The notes: generated from the sequence alone by a model not told the origin. A stretch of DNA of 64,000 nucleotides from Cytobacillus sp. (GCF_032154635.1 NZ_JALDXW010000008.1:55568-119567), one strand, 5' to 3'. Counted from the stretch's first letter, positions 29,277 to 38,814 are shown. Numbers and translations: made by a program.

Positions 29277-31565
29277 ATGAAAACGATGATTTTTACAGAA
29301 GTAGATTCTATTTTGGAGGCTTTAGAGAAATCCTCAAAAAAATATACTATCGATATTAAGGAGCTTAAAAATAGATTAGTTGAAAAGGATATGCCTGCAT
29401 CCGAAGCGAACGAACTGGCACTTCACTATTCGTTGAACAAAATATCAATGGAGCAGCCAAATTGGACCTATCTCGCTGCCCGATTTTATTTAAATCAACT
29501 TTATGCACAGGCAGCAGTAAATAGAGGATATAAAAAAGAACAAAAGTATGGAGATTTCTATGAATTGATTATAAAGCTGACAAATATAGGTATATACTCA
29601 AGTGATTTACTGGATTTATATACACGAAATGAAATAATCGAAATTGGGAAGGTAATCAATCCAGAAAAAGACTATTTATTTAATTATGTTGGCTTGTTTC
29701 TGCTTGCCGATCGGTATTTAGCCAAGGACTATGAGAAAAATATTTACGAATTGCCTCAGGAACGATTCATGATCATCGCAATGACTTTAATGAAGCATGA
29801 GTGTCCATCCAAGCGACTTTCGCTTGTAAAGGAAGCTTACTGGGCTCTAAGCAATCTTTATATGACGGTGGCCACCCCTACTCTAGCAAATGCAGGCAAA
29901 AGCTATGGTCAACTCTCCTCTTGCTTTATAGACACAGTCGAAGATTCATTGGATAGCATCTATTTAAATAATTGGGATATCGCTAGATTAAGCAAAGACG
30001 GCGGTGGAATTGGCGTTTATTATGGGAAGGTTCGTGCCTTAGGTTCTGATATTAAGAGATTTAAAGGGAATTCTTCAGGTGTCATTCCGTGGATTCGACT
30101 AATTAACGACACTGCTGTCAGTGTTGATCAATTGGGACAGAGACAGGGTGCTGTTGCTATTTACCTTGATATTTTCCATAAAGATATTATGAACGGATTC
30201 TTAGACTTAAAGACAAATAACGGGGATGAACGCCGTAAAGCGCATGATATTTTTACAGGTGTATCCATTCCTGATTTATTTATGAAGAAACTAGAAGAAG
30301 TTGATGAAACTGGTCGAAGCATTGGTGAATGGCATACCTTCTGTCCTCATCAAGTGAAACAAGTGATGGGCTGGAAGGATGAAGATGGAACTCCGTTGGG
30401 ACTTGAAGATTATTACGATGAGACAGACCACAAATATTTTACCCAAAAGTATGAAGAAGCAGTTAATCATCCCCTTCTCCCAAGAAGAACATACCGGGCA
30501 ATGGATATCATGGCTCGAATAATGGTTTCACAATTAGAATCAGGAACTCCTTATATGTTTTATAGAGATGAGGTAAACCGCCAAAATCCAAATAAACATG
30601 TGAAAGGAAGAGGACGCACCTCTATTTATTGCAGTAATCTCTGTACTGAAATTATGCAAAATATGTCTGCAACTGTGATTCAAAAGGAATATCAAGATGA
30701 AGAAGGCAATATTGTGATTGTTAGAAAACCTGGAGATTTTGTCGTATGTAATTTATCCTCTATCCACCTTCCTAACACAGTTAGATCAAATGTGTTAGGA
30801 CGTCTTATCCGAATTCAAATGCGCATGCTTGATAATACAATTGATATTAATCATATTTCAGTTGGACAAGCCAAAAGGACAAACGAGAAGTATCGTGCGG
30901 TTGGTTTAGGATCCTTTGGTTGGCATCACCTACTCGCCCACAAGGAAATTCATTGGGAATCAGAAGATGCTGTTGATTATGCAAATAAATTATATGAAGA
31001 AATAAGTTACTATACCATTCAATCTTCAATGGAACTAGCGAAAGAAAAAGGTGCATATCAAATGTTTCCTGGTTCCGAATGGCAAACAGGAGAATATTTT
31101 ACACGAAAAGGCTATACGTCAGAGCGCTGGATTAAGCTTCAAGAGGAAATTCAGGCGCATGGGGTTCGCAATGGATGGATGCTTGCAGTTGCTCCAAATT
31201 CTTCAACCGCCAAGATCGGTGGTTCTACAGATGGCATTGATCCTTTATATGCGATTGAGTATGCGGAGGAAAAGAAAAACTTTAAATTTAAAGTGATTGC
31301 TCCTGATTTAGATCACCATACGTACAATTATTACCGACGTGTCCGCCATGAACTAAGCCAATTATGGAGTATTAAGCAGAATGCTGCTCGTCAACGACAT
31401 ATTGACCAATCAATTAGCTTTAATATTTATGTTCGCCACGATATTAAAGCACGTGAATTGCTGCAGCTTCATCTGGAAGCATGGAAACACGGTTTAAAAA
31501 CGACGTATTATGTACGCAGTACATCGCAAACAGAAATTGATGAATGTGAAGCATGCCACAGCTAA
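29277..31565 (+). CDS. nrdE: Class I ribonucleotide reductase alpha subunit, NrdE-like (no ATP-cone seen)
   Basis: LSSCFID, SNLCTEI (N-C-E), VVCNLSS, C-terminal CEACHS pair. The N-terminus lacks a VxKRDG ATP-cone motif. Confidence 0.88.
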   Translation: MKTMIFTEVDSILEALEKSSKKYTIDIKELKNRLVEKDMPASEANELALHYSLNKISMEQPNWTYLAARFYLNQLYAQAAVNRGYKKEQKYGDFYELIIKLTNIGIYSSDLLDLYTRNEIIEIGKVINPEKDYLFNYVGLFLLADRYLAKDYEKNIYELPQERFMIIAMTLMKHECPSKRLSLVKEAYWALSNLYMTVATPTLANAGKSYGQLSSCFIDTVEDSLDSIYLNNWDIARLSKDGGGIGVYYGKVRALGSDIKRFKGNSSGVIPWIRLINDTAVSVDQLGQRQGAVAIYLDIFHKDIMNGFLDLKTNNGDERRKAHDIFTGVSIPDLFMKKLEEVDETGRSIGEWHTFCPHQVKQVMGWKDEDGTPLGLEDYYDETDHKYFTQKYEEAVNHPLLPRRTYRAMDIMARIMVSQLESGTPYMFYRDEVNRQNPNKHVKGRGRTSIYCSNLCTEIMQNMSATVIQKEYQDEEGNIVIVRKPGDFVVCNLSSIHLPNTVRSNVLGRLIRIQMRMLDNTIDINHISVGQAKRTNEKYRAVGLGSFGWHHLLAHKEIHWESEDAVDYANKLYEEISYYTIQSSMELAKEKGAYQMFPGSEWQTGEYFTRKGYTSERWIKLQEEIQAHGVRNGWMLAVAPNSSTAKIGGSTDGIDPLYAIEYAEEKKNFKFKVIAPDLDHHTYNYYRRVRHELSQLWSIKQNAARQRHIDQSISFNIYVRHDIKARELLQLHLEAWKHGLKTTYYVRSTSQTEIDECEACHS

Positions 31566-31587
31566 CATTAAACGAGGAGGAATACTA

Positions 31588-32634
31588 ATGAGCATCAATC
31601 AAACCCTTTCTAAAATTAAGCTGCTTAACCCGGAATATCCTAATAAATCAACACGTATCATTAACGGTCAGTCCTCTGGTATATTAAACTGGAACGATAT
31701 AAAATACCCGCAAATGTACCGAATGTACCAAACCCTATTATCCAACTTTTGGAAGGCTCAAGAAATTAACATGCAGGATGATGTTAAACAATGGGAATTA
31801 CTAAGCACGACTGAACAAGATATATTTTTACGGATCAATACACAGCTGGCTTCTCTTGATAGTTTGCAGACACCCACGATGACTCAAGTAATGGATTATG
31901 TAACTGATCCAAGCTTTAAAGCCATTTTTGCTGTCATATCCCAGCAGGAGGCCGTTCATAATGAATCCTATTCTTATATATTGAGTTCGCTTGTTCCTTT
32001 AAGCGAACAAAACGCCCGCTTTAATCAAGCGAAGGATGATCCTATTGTTCGAAAACGCAACCAGCTTATTTTAGATGCATACGAAAATTTCCGAAACGAG
32101 CCTACCCCTCAACATTTATTTGAACTATGCATTAATTCAATCAATCTAGAAGGAATTTACTTTTATGCGGGATTTGCCTTTTTCTATCATTTAGCACGTC
32201 AGCAAAAAATGCTAAAAACGAGCACAATGATCAGCTATATCCAACGAGATGAGATGCAGCATGCATACTTTATTGCTCAATTTGTTCGGATGCTTCTAAC
32301 AGAAAATCCTGAGCTACACACCGAAAGAAATGCTCAATTTATTTATGATACCATTCACCAAGCTGTACAGCTTGAAAAAGAATGGGCACATTATATTTTG
32401 AAAGATATTAAGGGAATTGATATAGATGAATTTGAAGACTATGTAGAGTATTTAGCAAACAAACGTTTCCGCCAATTAGGATTAGAAAATTATTATGAGG
32501 ATCGAGATAATCCAATGCCTTGGATTCATGTTTTTAGTGATGAAATGATGAATGAAACAAAGTCTGACTTCTTTGAACAAAAGTCACGTACTTATACGAA
32601 GGTCTCACAGGACAATGGCTTTGATGAGTTATGA
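31588..32634 (+). CDS. nrdF: Class I ribonucleotide reductase beta subunit with a full metal and tyrosyl set
   Basis: Ligands D (ASLDS), E..H (QEAVHNESY, with Tyr 4 residues after His), E (NLEGIYFY), E..H (RDEMQHAYF). ATG at 31588 follows GAGGAGG. The ORF-track start at 31510 lies inside nrdE. Confidence 0.88.
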   Translation: MSINQTLSKIKLLNPEYPNKSTRIINGQSSGILNWNDIKYPQMYRMYQTLLSNFWKAQEINMQDDVKQWELLSTTEQDIFLRINTQLASLDSLQTPTMTQVMDYVTDPSFKAIFAVISQQEAVHNESYSYILSSLVPLSEQNARFNQAKDDPIVRKRNQLILDAYENFRNEPTPQHLFELCINSINLEGIYFYAGFAFFYHLARQQKMLKTSTMISYIQRDEMQHAYFIAQFVRMLLTENPELHTERNAQFIYDTIHQAVQLEKEWAHYILKDIKGIDIDEFEDYVEYLANKRFRQLGLENYYEDRDNPMPWIHVFSDEMMNETKSDFFEQKSRTYTKVSQDNGFDEL

Positions 32635-33077
32635 GAATCGGTATTGTTTACACATCTGTTTCAGGCAATACAGAAGAATTGGCACGATTACTACATGAAC
32701 TGTTAATGGAACAGAAATTTAGATCTCAACTCATAAACATAACTGACTTCCCAGTTCATGAGTTAGCTGAATACGATGCGTTGGCCATTGGCACTTATAC
32801 ATGGGGAGATGGAGAAATCCCCCTAGAAATGGAAACGATTTATAATAAGTTTAAAGATTTAAGAAGTAAAGAAATGGTTACAGCTATTTTTGGTACGGGT
32901 GACCGGTTTTACCCTCATTACTGTGGAGCTGTTGATACGTTTAAAAACGTTTTAAAAATAAATACGAATTTAGCTGTAACCTTAAAGGTAGAATTATTGC
33001 CGCAAAAACGAGACCTATCTAAATGTAAAAAGTTTGTTGAACTGTTTACTAAACGGATTCAAACGAGTTTGCAATAA
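32631..33077 (+). CDS. Short-chain flavodoxin (YkuN/YkuP-like), translationally coupled to the RNR beta subunit
   Basis: YTSVSGNTE FMN phosphate loop, GTYTWGDGEIP, FGTGDRFYPHYCGAV. ATGA overlap with the nrdF stop. Not NrdI-like by eye. Confidence 0.8.
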   Translation: MRIGIVYTSVSGNTEELARLLHELLMEQKFRSQLINITDFPVHELAEYDALAIGTYTWGDGEIPLEMETIYNKFKDLRSKEMVTAIFGTGDRFYPHYCGAVDTFKNVLKINTNLAVTLKVELLPQKRDLSKCKKFVELFTKRIQTSLQ

Positions 33078-33161
33078 CCCAAAATGAAAGCTCATTGGGC
33101 TATAAAAAGGAAGTATGAGAGTACACCCCTTGGACAATATACAAAAGAAAGGGGTGTATGA

Positions 33162-33317
33162 GTGTTGAAGAAGGAAAAAGAAACGAAAGAACCAATTCTT
33201 GCTGAAGGAATGAATACCGAGGATGAATTAGATAGAAGTGCAACATCAACCGAGATTTCCAGAGGAGAATTTACGAAAGTAGTTACCTTGTCACTCGATG
33301 AAAACGATCCTAGTTAA
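33162..33317 (+). CDS. Unannotated small hydrophilic protein, 51 aa
   Basis: GTG or TTG start after AAAGGGGTG. VLKKEKETKEPILAEGMNTEDELDRSATSTEISRGEFTKVVTLSLDENDPS. Terminator directly downstream. Confidence 0.45.
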   Translation: MLKKEKETKEPILAEGMNTEDELDRSATSTEISRGEFTKVVTLSLDENDPS

Positions 33318-33324
33318 CATTTAG

Positions 33325-33350
33325 ACACCGTTTAACGACGGTGTTTTTCT
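33325..33350 (+). terminator. Intrinsic terminator ending the RNR/small-ORF unit
   Basis: ACACCGT/ACGGTGT stem followed by TTTTCT. Confidence 0.65.
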
Positions 33351-33467
33351 GATTCTTTCATTTTTCAAATTTAGATTTGCTAAAACAAAAGGAATATTAT
33401 TCATATGATAGAGCAACCTTAAAACAAGTTCACTTAAAAGAGAAATGTATTTTGAGGTGCGTAAAGA

Positions 33468-35150
33468 TTGCTGTTAAAAAGAAATAATAAAAAAGAGCAA
33501 ATACTAATTATCTTGTCTTTACTTGCAATTACTTTCTTCGTTTCTCCCCTATTCATATTAGGAGACAATGCTCACATACGCGTCCATGATAACTTGGATT
33601 CCAATCTTGCATGGTATAAAGTTCTTGCTGAAAGCGGACAAATTACTGGATCAGTAAATGCTGCTATACCTCAAATAATTAACGGAAATTTGTCACGAAA
33701 TGCTTTTGGTACTGAATTCAGCCTAATTGTCTGGCTTTATGCAATCTTCCCAACTATGGTTGCCTATGCAATAAGCCAAACAATCACAAGATTTACGGCT
33801 TTTTTTGGCATGTATTTACTTTTGAAAACTCATTTTCTTAAAGATAAGGAATGGATAGCCATCAATATCGGTACTGCATTGGCTTTTGCATTTACCCCTT
33901 TTTGGCCATCAGGGATGCTAAGCACGCTTGGAATGCCACTCGCATTATGGGCTTTTTTAAATATACGGACTGGGGACAGATCGTGGAAAAACTATTTTGT
34001 TTTAACCATTCTCCCTTTCTATTCAAGTATTGTACTTGGTTTCTTCTTTTTTCTTAGTGCAATGGGATTATTCTGGCTTTCTGACTTGATTAGAGGAAAA
34101 GGCTGGAATTTTCGCTTTCTTTTATCAATCGCTTATATGACAATCATGTTTTTACTAGTTGAATATCGGCTTATATATTCCCTTTTATTTGATGATGATC
34201 CAAACAGTCGGGATGAGTATTTTCATGCTAGATTATCAGTTGCTCGCTCAATCCGGCTTACTTATAAAAACTTTGTTTATGGTCACCATCATGCTGCGAC
34301 CATACATACTTTTATCATTCTACCAGTCATGCTAATTGCTTTATTTATCATTCTTATGAGAAAACGATGGAAACAGGAAAAGGCGTTTATGTTTTTATTT
34401 TTACTAAACTTTTTATTATCTGCTTGGTATGCATTCTGGTTTTACAAAGGATGGCTTCCACTGACAGAACGTTTTCACTTCCTTGATACCTTTAATTTTG
34501 CAAGGTATCACTTTTTAAGACCCCTTATTATTTACTTGTTGTTTGCGATGTCATTGAAAATCATCAGTTCTTATTTGAAAAATTGGCGACGTGTCGGGCT
34601 TATCCTTGTCATTGCCCAGATTCTGATTGTTTCATTTTGTAATGAAGAAATTTTATTTCGTAATAAGCCTACGGTTAAGGAATTTTATGCTGTAGAACAG
34701 TTCAATAATATTAAAGAATACATTGGCATTCCTCAGGATGAGTATAGGGTGGCCAGTATCGGAATACATCCTGCAATCGCCCAGTATAATGGATTCTATA
34801 CTCTAGATACATATAATAATTTTTATCCTTTAAGCTATAAATATCAGTTTAGAGAAATAATTGAGAAGGAACTGGCGAAAAACAAAACCATCAGGACCTA
34901 TTTTGATGAATGGGGCGGGCGCTGCTATATCTTCACAGCGGAACTCGGGAAGCATTATATGTTTAAGAAAAATTCAAAAAAAAGGCTGAAAAAGCTTGAA
35001 CTCAATATTGAGCCCTTTAAAGAAATGGGTGGGAAATATTTATTTTCAGCAGTTCCAATTGATAATGCATCGGAAAATAACCTACGGTTAGAAAAAACCT
35101 TTGAATCAAAAAACTCTGCTTGGAAAATCTACCTCTATAAAGCAATATAG
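33468..35150 (+). CDS. Large polytopic membrane protein with C-terminal extracytoplasmic domain (GT-C / YfhO-like architecture; family not certain)
   Basis: About 12-13 TM helices in residues 1-395, then a 165-aa soluble domain. TTG start after GAGGTG. Lies first in an operon with GtrB- and GtrA-like genes. Confidence 0.6.
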   Translation: MLLKRNNKKEQILIILSLLAITFFVSPLFILGDNAHIRVHDNLDSNLAWYKVLAESGQITGSVNAAIPQIINGNLSRNAFGTEFSLIVWLYAIFPTMVAYAISQTITRFTAFFGMYLLLKTHFLKDKEWIAINIGTALAFAFTPFWPSGMLSTLGMPLALWAFLNIRTGDRSWKNYFVLTILPFYSSIVLGFFFFLSAMGLFWLSDLIRGKGWNFRFLLSIAYMTIMFLLVEYRLIYSLLFDDDPNSRDEYFHARLSVARSIRLTYKNFVYGHHHAATIHTFIILPVMLIALFIILMRKRWKQEKAFMFLFLLNFLLSAWYAFWFYKGWLPLTERFHFLDTFNFARYHFLRPLIIYLLFAMSLKIISSYLKNWRRVGLILVIAQILIVSFCNEEILFRNKPTVKEFYAVEQFNNIKEYIGIPQDEYRVASIGIHPAIAQYNGFYTLDTYNNFYPLSYKYQFREIIEKELAKNKTIRTYFDEWGGRCYIFTAELGKHYMFKKNSKKRLKKLELNIEPFKEMGGKYLFSAVPIDNASENNLRLEKTFESKNSAWKIYLYKAI

Positions 35151-35168
35151 CGAATAGGAGGATACAAA

Positions 35169-36206
35169 ATGGAAAATCCGGTACTCACCATCGTCGTACC
35201 CTGTTATAACGAGGAGGATGTTCTCCCAGAAACCATTTTGCAGCTAAGCAGCTTTTTAAATGAACAAAAAGAAGAAGGAGTCGTTTCTGATAAAAGTAAA
35301 ATCCTATTTGTAGATGATGGCAGCAAAGATCAAACTTGGCAGATCATTTACAAAAAAAGTTTACATGACGAGAACATCCGTGGGTTGAAGCTATCAAGAA
35401 ATGTCGGGCATCAAAATGCTCTTCTTGCTGGTTTATCAGCTGCCAGGAAAGCTTCTGATTGTGTAATTTCCATTGATGCAGATCTGCAGGACGATATAAC
35501 TGTCATTCGGGAATTTATCCATAAATTTCAAGAGGGTTATGAAATTGTTTATGGTGTAAGGAGAAAACGGGATAGCGATACTTTTTTCAAAAGAAACACT
35601 GCTCAGTGCTTTTATACGCTAATGAAAAAAATGGGCGTGAATCTTGTCTATAACCACGCAGATTTCCGTTTAATGAGTAAACGTGCGTTAAATGAACTCC
35701 AACATTTTGAAGAGGTGAATCTGTTTCTTCGCGGCATTATCCCCCTTATCGGCTTTAAATCAACGAATGTATATTATGACCGAAAGGAACGGCTTGCCGG
35801 TGAGACAAAATATCCATTAAAGAAAATGCTTGCCTTTTCATTTGAAGGGATTACCTCTTTCTCTGTTACACCTATTCGTTTCGTTTTGCTGGCTGGTGTT
35901 TTGTCATTCTTTATTAGTCTTTTATTCGGTGCTTATTTTCTCGGTTTAAAGTTTTTTGGGAAGACAGAAGTAGGATGGACATCCTTAATCATTTCCATAT
36001 GGCTTATTGGCGGGCTTCAGCTTATTGCCATTGGCCTTGTAGGAGAATATATTGGAAAAATATATAAAGAATCCAAGAGAAGACCGAAATATATTATCGA
36101 CATTGATGCATTTAATATGCCAATGCCCCGCCATCTTTTAAATGATGGAGGAAATGAAAATGAATTCTATCACACTGATCTTGGAAAGCTGTCTGAAACG
36201 AACTAA
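35169..36206 (+). CDS. GT2 polyprenol-phosphate glycosyltransferase (GtrB/CsbB-like)
   Basis: IVVPCYNEE, FVDDGSKD, DADLQD, two C-terminal TM helices. Confidence 0.88.
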   Translation: MENPVLTIVVPCYNEEDVLPETILQLSSFLNEQKEEGVVSDKSKILFVDDGSKDQTWQIIYKKSLHDENIRGLKLSRNVGHQNALLAGLSAARKASDCVISIDADLQDDITVIREFIHKFQEGYEIVYGVRRKRDSDTFFKRNTAQCFYTLMKKMGVNLVYNHADFRLMSKRALNELQHFEEVNLFLRGIIPLIGFKSTNVYYDRKERLAGETKYPLKKMLAFSFEGITSFSVTPIRFVLLAGVLSFFISLLFGAYFLGLKFFGKTEVGWTSLIISIWLIGGLQLIAIGLVGEYIGKIYKESKRRPKYIIDIDAFNMPMPRHLLNDGGNENEFYHTDLGKLSETN

Positions 36207-36594
36207 TTCCTTTATCCGTTTTTTAATCGTGGGGGCTATTAATACATTGACAGGCCTTAGCACGATGTTTCTCCTTTTTAATACTGTAGAATTTTCCTTT
36301 TGGTTTTCTACTTTTTTAGGAAATAGTGTTGGTGCGATTGTCAGTTATAGTTTAAATCGGAACTTTACTTTTCATAGTAAAGTTCCTATCAAAAAAAGTG
36401 TCCCCCGCTTTATCGCAGTCATTCTTTTTTGTTACTTTTTTTCATATACAGTTAGTAGTATGGCGGCAGGTATGATTAAAGAACAATTTTCCCTTAATAT
36501 GCTAAGAGCCGAAAATTTAGCTATGTTCATCGGTACTGCAGTTTATATGATCACGAATTATTTCGGGCAGAAGCTTTTTGTGTTTAAAAAATGA
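36160..36594 (+). CDS. GtrA family membrane protein (putative lipid-linked sugar flippase)
   Basis: FIRFLIVGAINTL..., YSLNRNFTF, four TM segments. ATG at 36160 lies 8 nt after GGAGG. Overlaps the GtrB-like 3' end. Confidence 0.8.
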   Translation: MNSITLILESCLKRTNSFIRFLIVGAINTLTGLSTMFLLFNTVEFSFWFSTFLGNSVGAIVSYSLNRNFTFHSKVPIKKSVPRFIAVILFCYFFSYTVSSMAAGMIKEQFSLNMLRAENLAMFIGTAVYMITNYFGQKLFVFKK

Positions 36595-36625
36595 ACATTT
36601 AGTACCATTATAATCGTTATATTCA

Positions 36626-36665
36626 AAGAAAAGGGCGATTTCCTATAGAAATCGCCCTTTAAAAT
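36626..36665. terminator. Bidirectional terminator
   Basis: AAGGGCGATTTC/GAAATCGCCCTT stem. Confidence 0.8.
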
Positions 36666-36694
36666 AAAACTGAGACTTTTTATAAATTATCTTT

Positions 36695-37474
36695 TTAATC
36701 CCTATTCCTTTCCCTTTCAAGATATTCAGCAGTATATGGATCTTTTTCATAGGCTGGTAAATCTCCATATGAAGTCATAATATCCTCCTCATCTAACTGA
36801 TCCTCTAGCTCCTCATGCTGAGCATTCGGGTAAATGGTAATATTTCTTCCTTCAATATCGACCCCAACAAAATTTTCAAAATCCTCAACATACCCCACAT
36901 TTTCTCCTGAATCGGTATATATTTCATTATAATCATCTGGAGGATCGGACATATCAGAAGGAGATTCGCTTGTCCCCCATTTGGCTACCTCTTGCCAGGA
37001 ATCCTCTGCATCAAATACAACATTTTCATCCCCATCCTCATCTTTAAAGAACTTTTTAAAAGGCGGTCCGATAATTTCTTCTTCAACAGGGCGTTTGTGA
37101 GATGTATGCTGATCCTGTGAATGTTCTATACAGAAAGTGGTTGTAGGCAAAGCATCTAATCGTTCAGTTGGGATATCCTTAGAGCAAACCTCACATTTTC
37201 CATAGGTTCCATTTTCTATAGCCACTAAAGCTTTATCGATATTTTTCAATTCATCTTCTAAATGTTCATTTAAGGCAATATCTTTCTCTCTTTCAAATAG
37301 CTCTGTTCCTGCATCTCCCGGATGGTTATCATAATTTGAAAGCTCGCCCATTGATTCCTTCCAAAATGATTCATTTAAACCAAAATGATCATTTTGCTCG
37401 AATCTATTTTGAATGTCCTGCTTTAAATGGTTTAGTCTCTTCTTAAACTGGGATAATTCCTGATTTGAAAGCAT
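36695..37474 (-). CDS. yteA: DksA/TraR C4 zinc-finger protein, YteA-like
   Basis: GKCEVCSKDIPTERLDALPTTTFCIEHS zinc finger, N-terminal coiled coil, acidic C-terminus. Confidence 0.75.
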   Translation of the reverse strand: MLSNQELSQFKKRLNHLKQDIQNRFEQNDHFGLNESFWKESMGELSNYDNHPGDAGTELFEREKDIALNEHLEDELKNIDKALVAIENGTYGKCEVCSKDIPTERLDALPTTTFCIEHSQDQHTSHKRPVEEEIIGPPFKKFFKDEDGDENVVFDAEDSWQEVAKWGTSESPSDMSDPPDDYNEIYTDSGENVGYVEDFENFVGVDIEGRNITIYPNAQHEELEDQLDEEDIMTSYGDLPAYEKDPYTAEYLERERNRD

Positions 37475-37584
37475 ACTTAAACAGTCCCTTCATTTACTCT
37501 TAAGCATTAAGTATAAGCTTCCCTTGTTTTGACACTCTTATAACAAGATAATCTTCAATGTTTCTTGCCAATCCCATCTATAAA

Positions 37585-37860
37585 TTAATTACTTTTAATC
37601 CCATAAAGGATACATGCAACTCCTCCAAATATCCAAATGAGTTTGGTGAGAGAAACCTTCTCAGACATTCCAACAAGACCGATCGTTGTTGTAATGATTA
37701 ATATAATGGGACCAACTAAAGCGAGAGAACTATTAACTACAAGTGCTTTTTCAATATCATTAAATTTCAATATCAATAAGGCAACAACAATTTCGATGCC
37801 ACCCGAAAAAATTCTCAATAATGCCATGCCCCAAATTGCCTTTTCAAAAATATGAAACAT
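37585..37860 (-). CDS. YqhV-like (DUF2619) membrane protein
   Basis: GMALLRIFSGGIEIVVALLILKFNDIEKALVVNSSLALVGPIILIITTTIG is collinear with B. subtilis YqhV as recalled. Confidence 0.65.
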   Translation of the reverse strand: MFHIFEKAIWGMALLRIFSGGIEIVVALLILKFNDIEKALVVNSSLALVGPIILIITTTIGLVGMSEKVSLTKLIWIFGGVACILYGIKSN

Positions 37861-37999
37861 TCGTATCCTCCCAAACGATTTCTCCCACTAATATATGCAT
37901 GATCTATATAGAGAAGGACAGGTTATTTTTTATGGGTTACCATAAGTGAAACAAAAAAAACTCGAAGATTGTCCTTCTTCGAGTGTTTTACATAAATAC

Positions 38000-38452
38000 T
38001 TATTTATCTTCTTTCTCATTTTTAATTTCTTCTCTATTTGGTGTCAGCTCCTCTGAAGCCTCTGTTTGGTACCGCAGATTTCCAGAATACTTTTTTTCTG
38101 TTTGAGAATTATCAATCACATTAGTTGAAATATATTTATGGTAAAAGTATTCAAAAAGTGCGACCCCTAATGATGCAATGAAAGACATTGATAAAATATT
38201 CCCTTCATTTGTTAAAACACTGTTCATTAGCCAAATAACCATTAATGCGAGTCCAAAGTCAGCAATTGATGCGACTAAGTTATTTGTTCTCGGCAATATG
38301 AGCAAATCACCAATTATATAAGCAACAAGTCCCAAAACTAAAGTGATAAATAATACATTGCCAAAACTCATCCCATAAATTAGCCCAAGTATTACATATA
38401 AAAGCGCAAGGCTTGCTACACCTTTAACTGCTAGTGCTATCACATGTTTCAT
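38000..38452 (-). CDS. YndM-like (DUF2512) membrane protein
   Basis: MKHVIALAVKG... with four TM helices. ATG at 38452 is preceded by AAAGGAG. Confidence 0.6.
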   Translation of the reverse strand: MKHVIALAVKGVASLALLYVILGLIYGMSFGNVLFITLVLGLVAYIIGDLLILPRTNNLVASIADFGLALMVIWLMNSVLTNEGNILSMSFIASLGVALFEYFYHKYISTNVIDNSQTEKKYSGNLRYQTEASEELTPNREEIKNEKEDK

Positions 38453-38592
38453 CTTGTCATCTCCTTTTAACAATATTTTGGATCATAAGCTTAATCTTAT
38501 TCACTAATCAACCCATAATGTCATATGGATAAAAAGGTGATTTTCAATGAATACTAGCAAAGAAAAGGATTATTGTTCCTGGAGGTGAAAAA

Positions 38593-38796
38593 ATGAATGA
38601 GCTAACGACAAAAGAACTTTCATACATAGAGGATGAGATCCGGGCAGAGGAAATTACTGCAAAAACGATGAATTGGTGTGCTTCACTATGCGAGGACCAA
38701 GAGCTAAGAAAATTTCTTGAACAGCTAGCAGAAAGTCACCAATTAAGAATCGCCGATCTTTCACAATATTTCAACCGTTCAAAAATGATTCAATAA
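38593..38796 (+). CDS. Small CotF-related spore coat protein (YraE/YraG-like)
   Basis: 67 aa, LSYIEDEIRAEE...FLEQLAESHQ. Paired with a Coat F domain gene. Confidence 0.5.
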   Translation: MNELTTKELSYIEDEIRAEEITAKTMNWCASLCEDQELRKFLEQLAESHQLRIADLSQYFNRSKMIQ

Positions 38797-38814
38797 AATA
38801 AAGGGGGCAAACAA

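Noticed and set aside
31545-31560. Near-FNR box TGTGA-AGCATG-CCACA
   Set aside because: It has one mismatch and lies inside the nrdE coding sequence, with no promoter elements at an appropriate distance.
31510-31587. Upstream ATG giving a 374-aa beta subunit
   Set aside because: It lies inside the nrdE 3' end with no SD. The ATG at 31588 has GAGGAGG at ideal spacing and gives a normal N-terminus.
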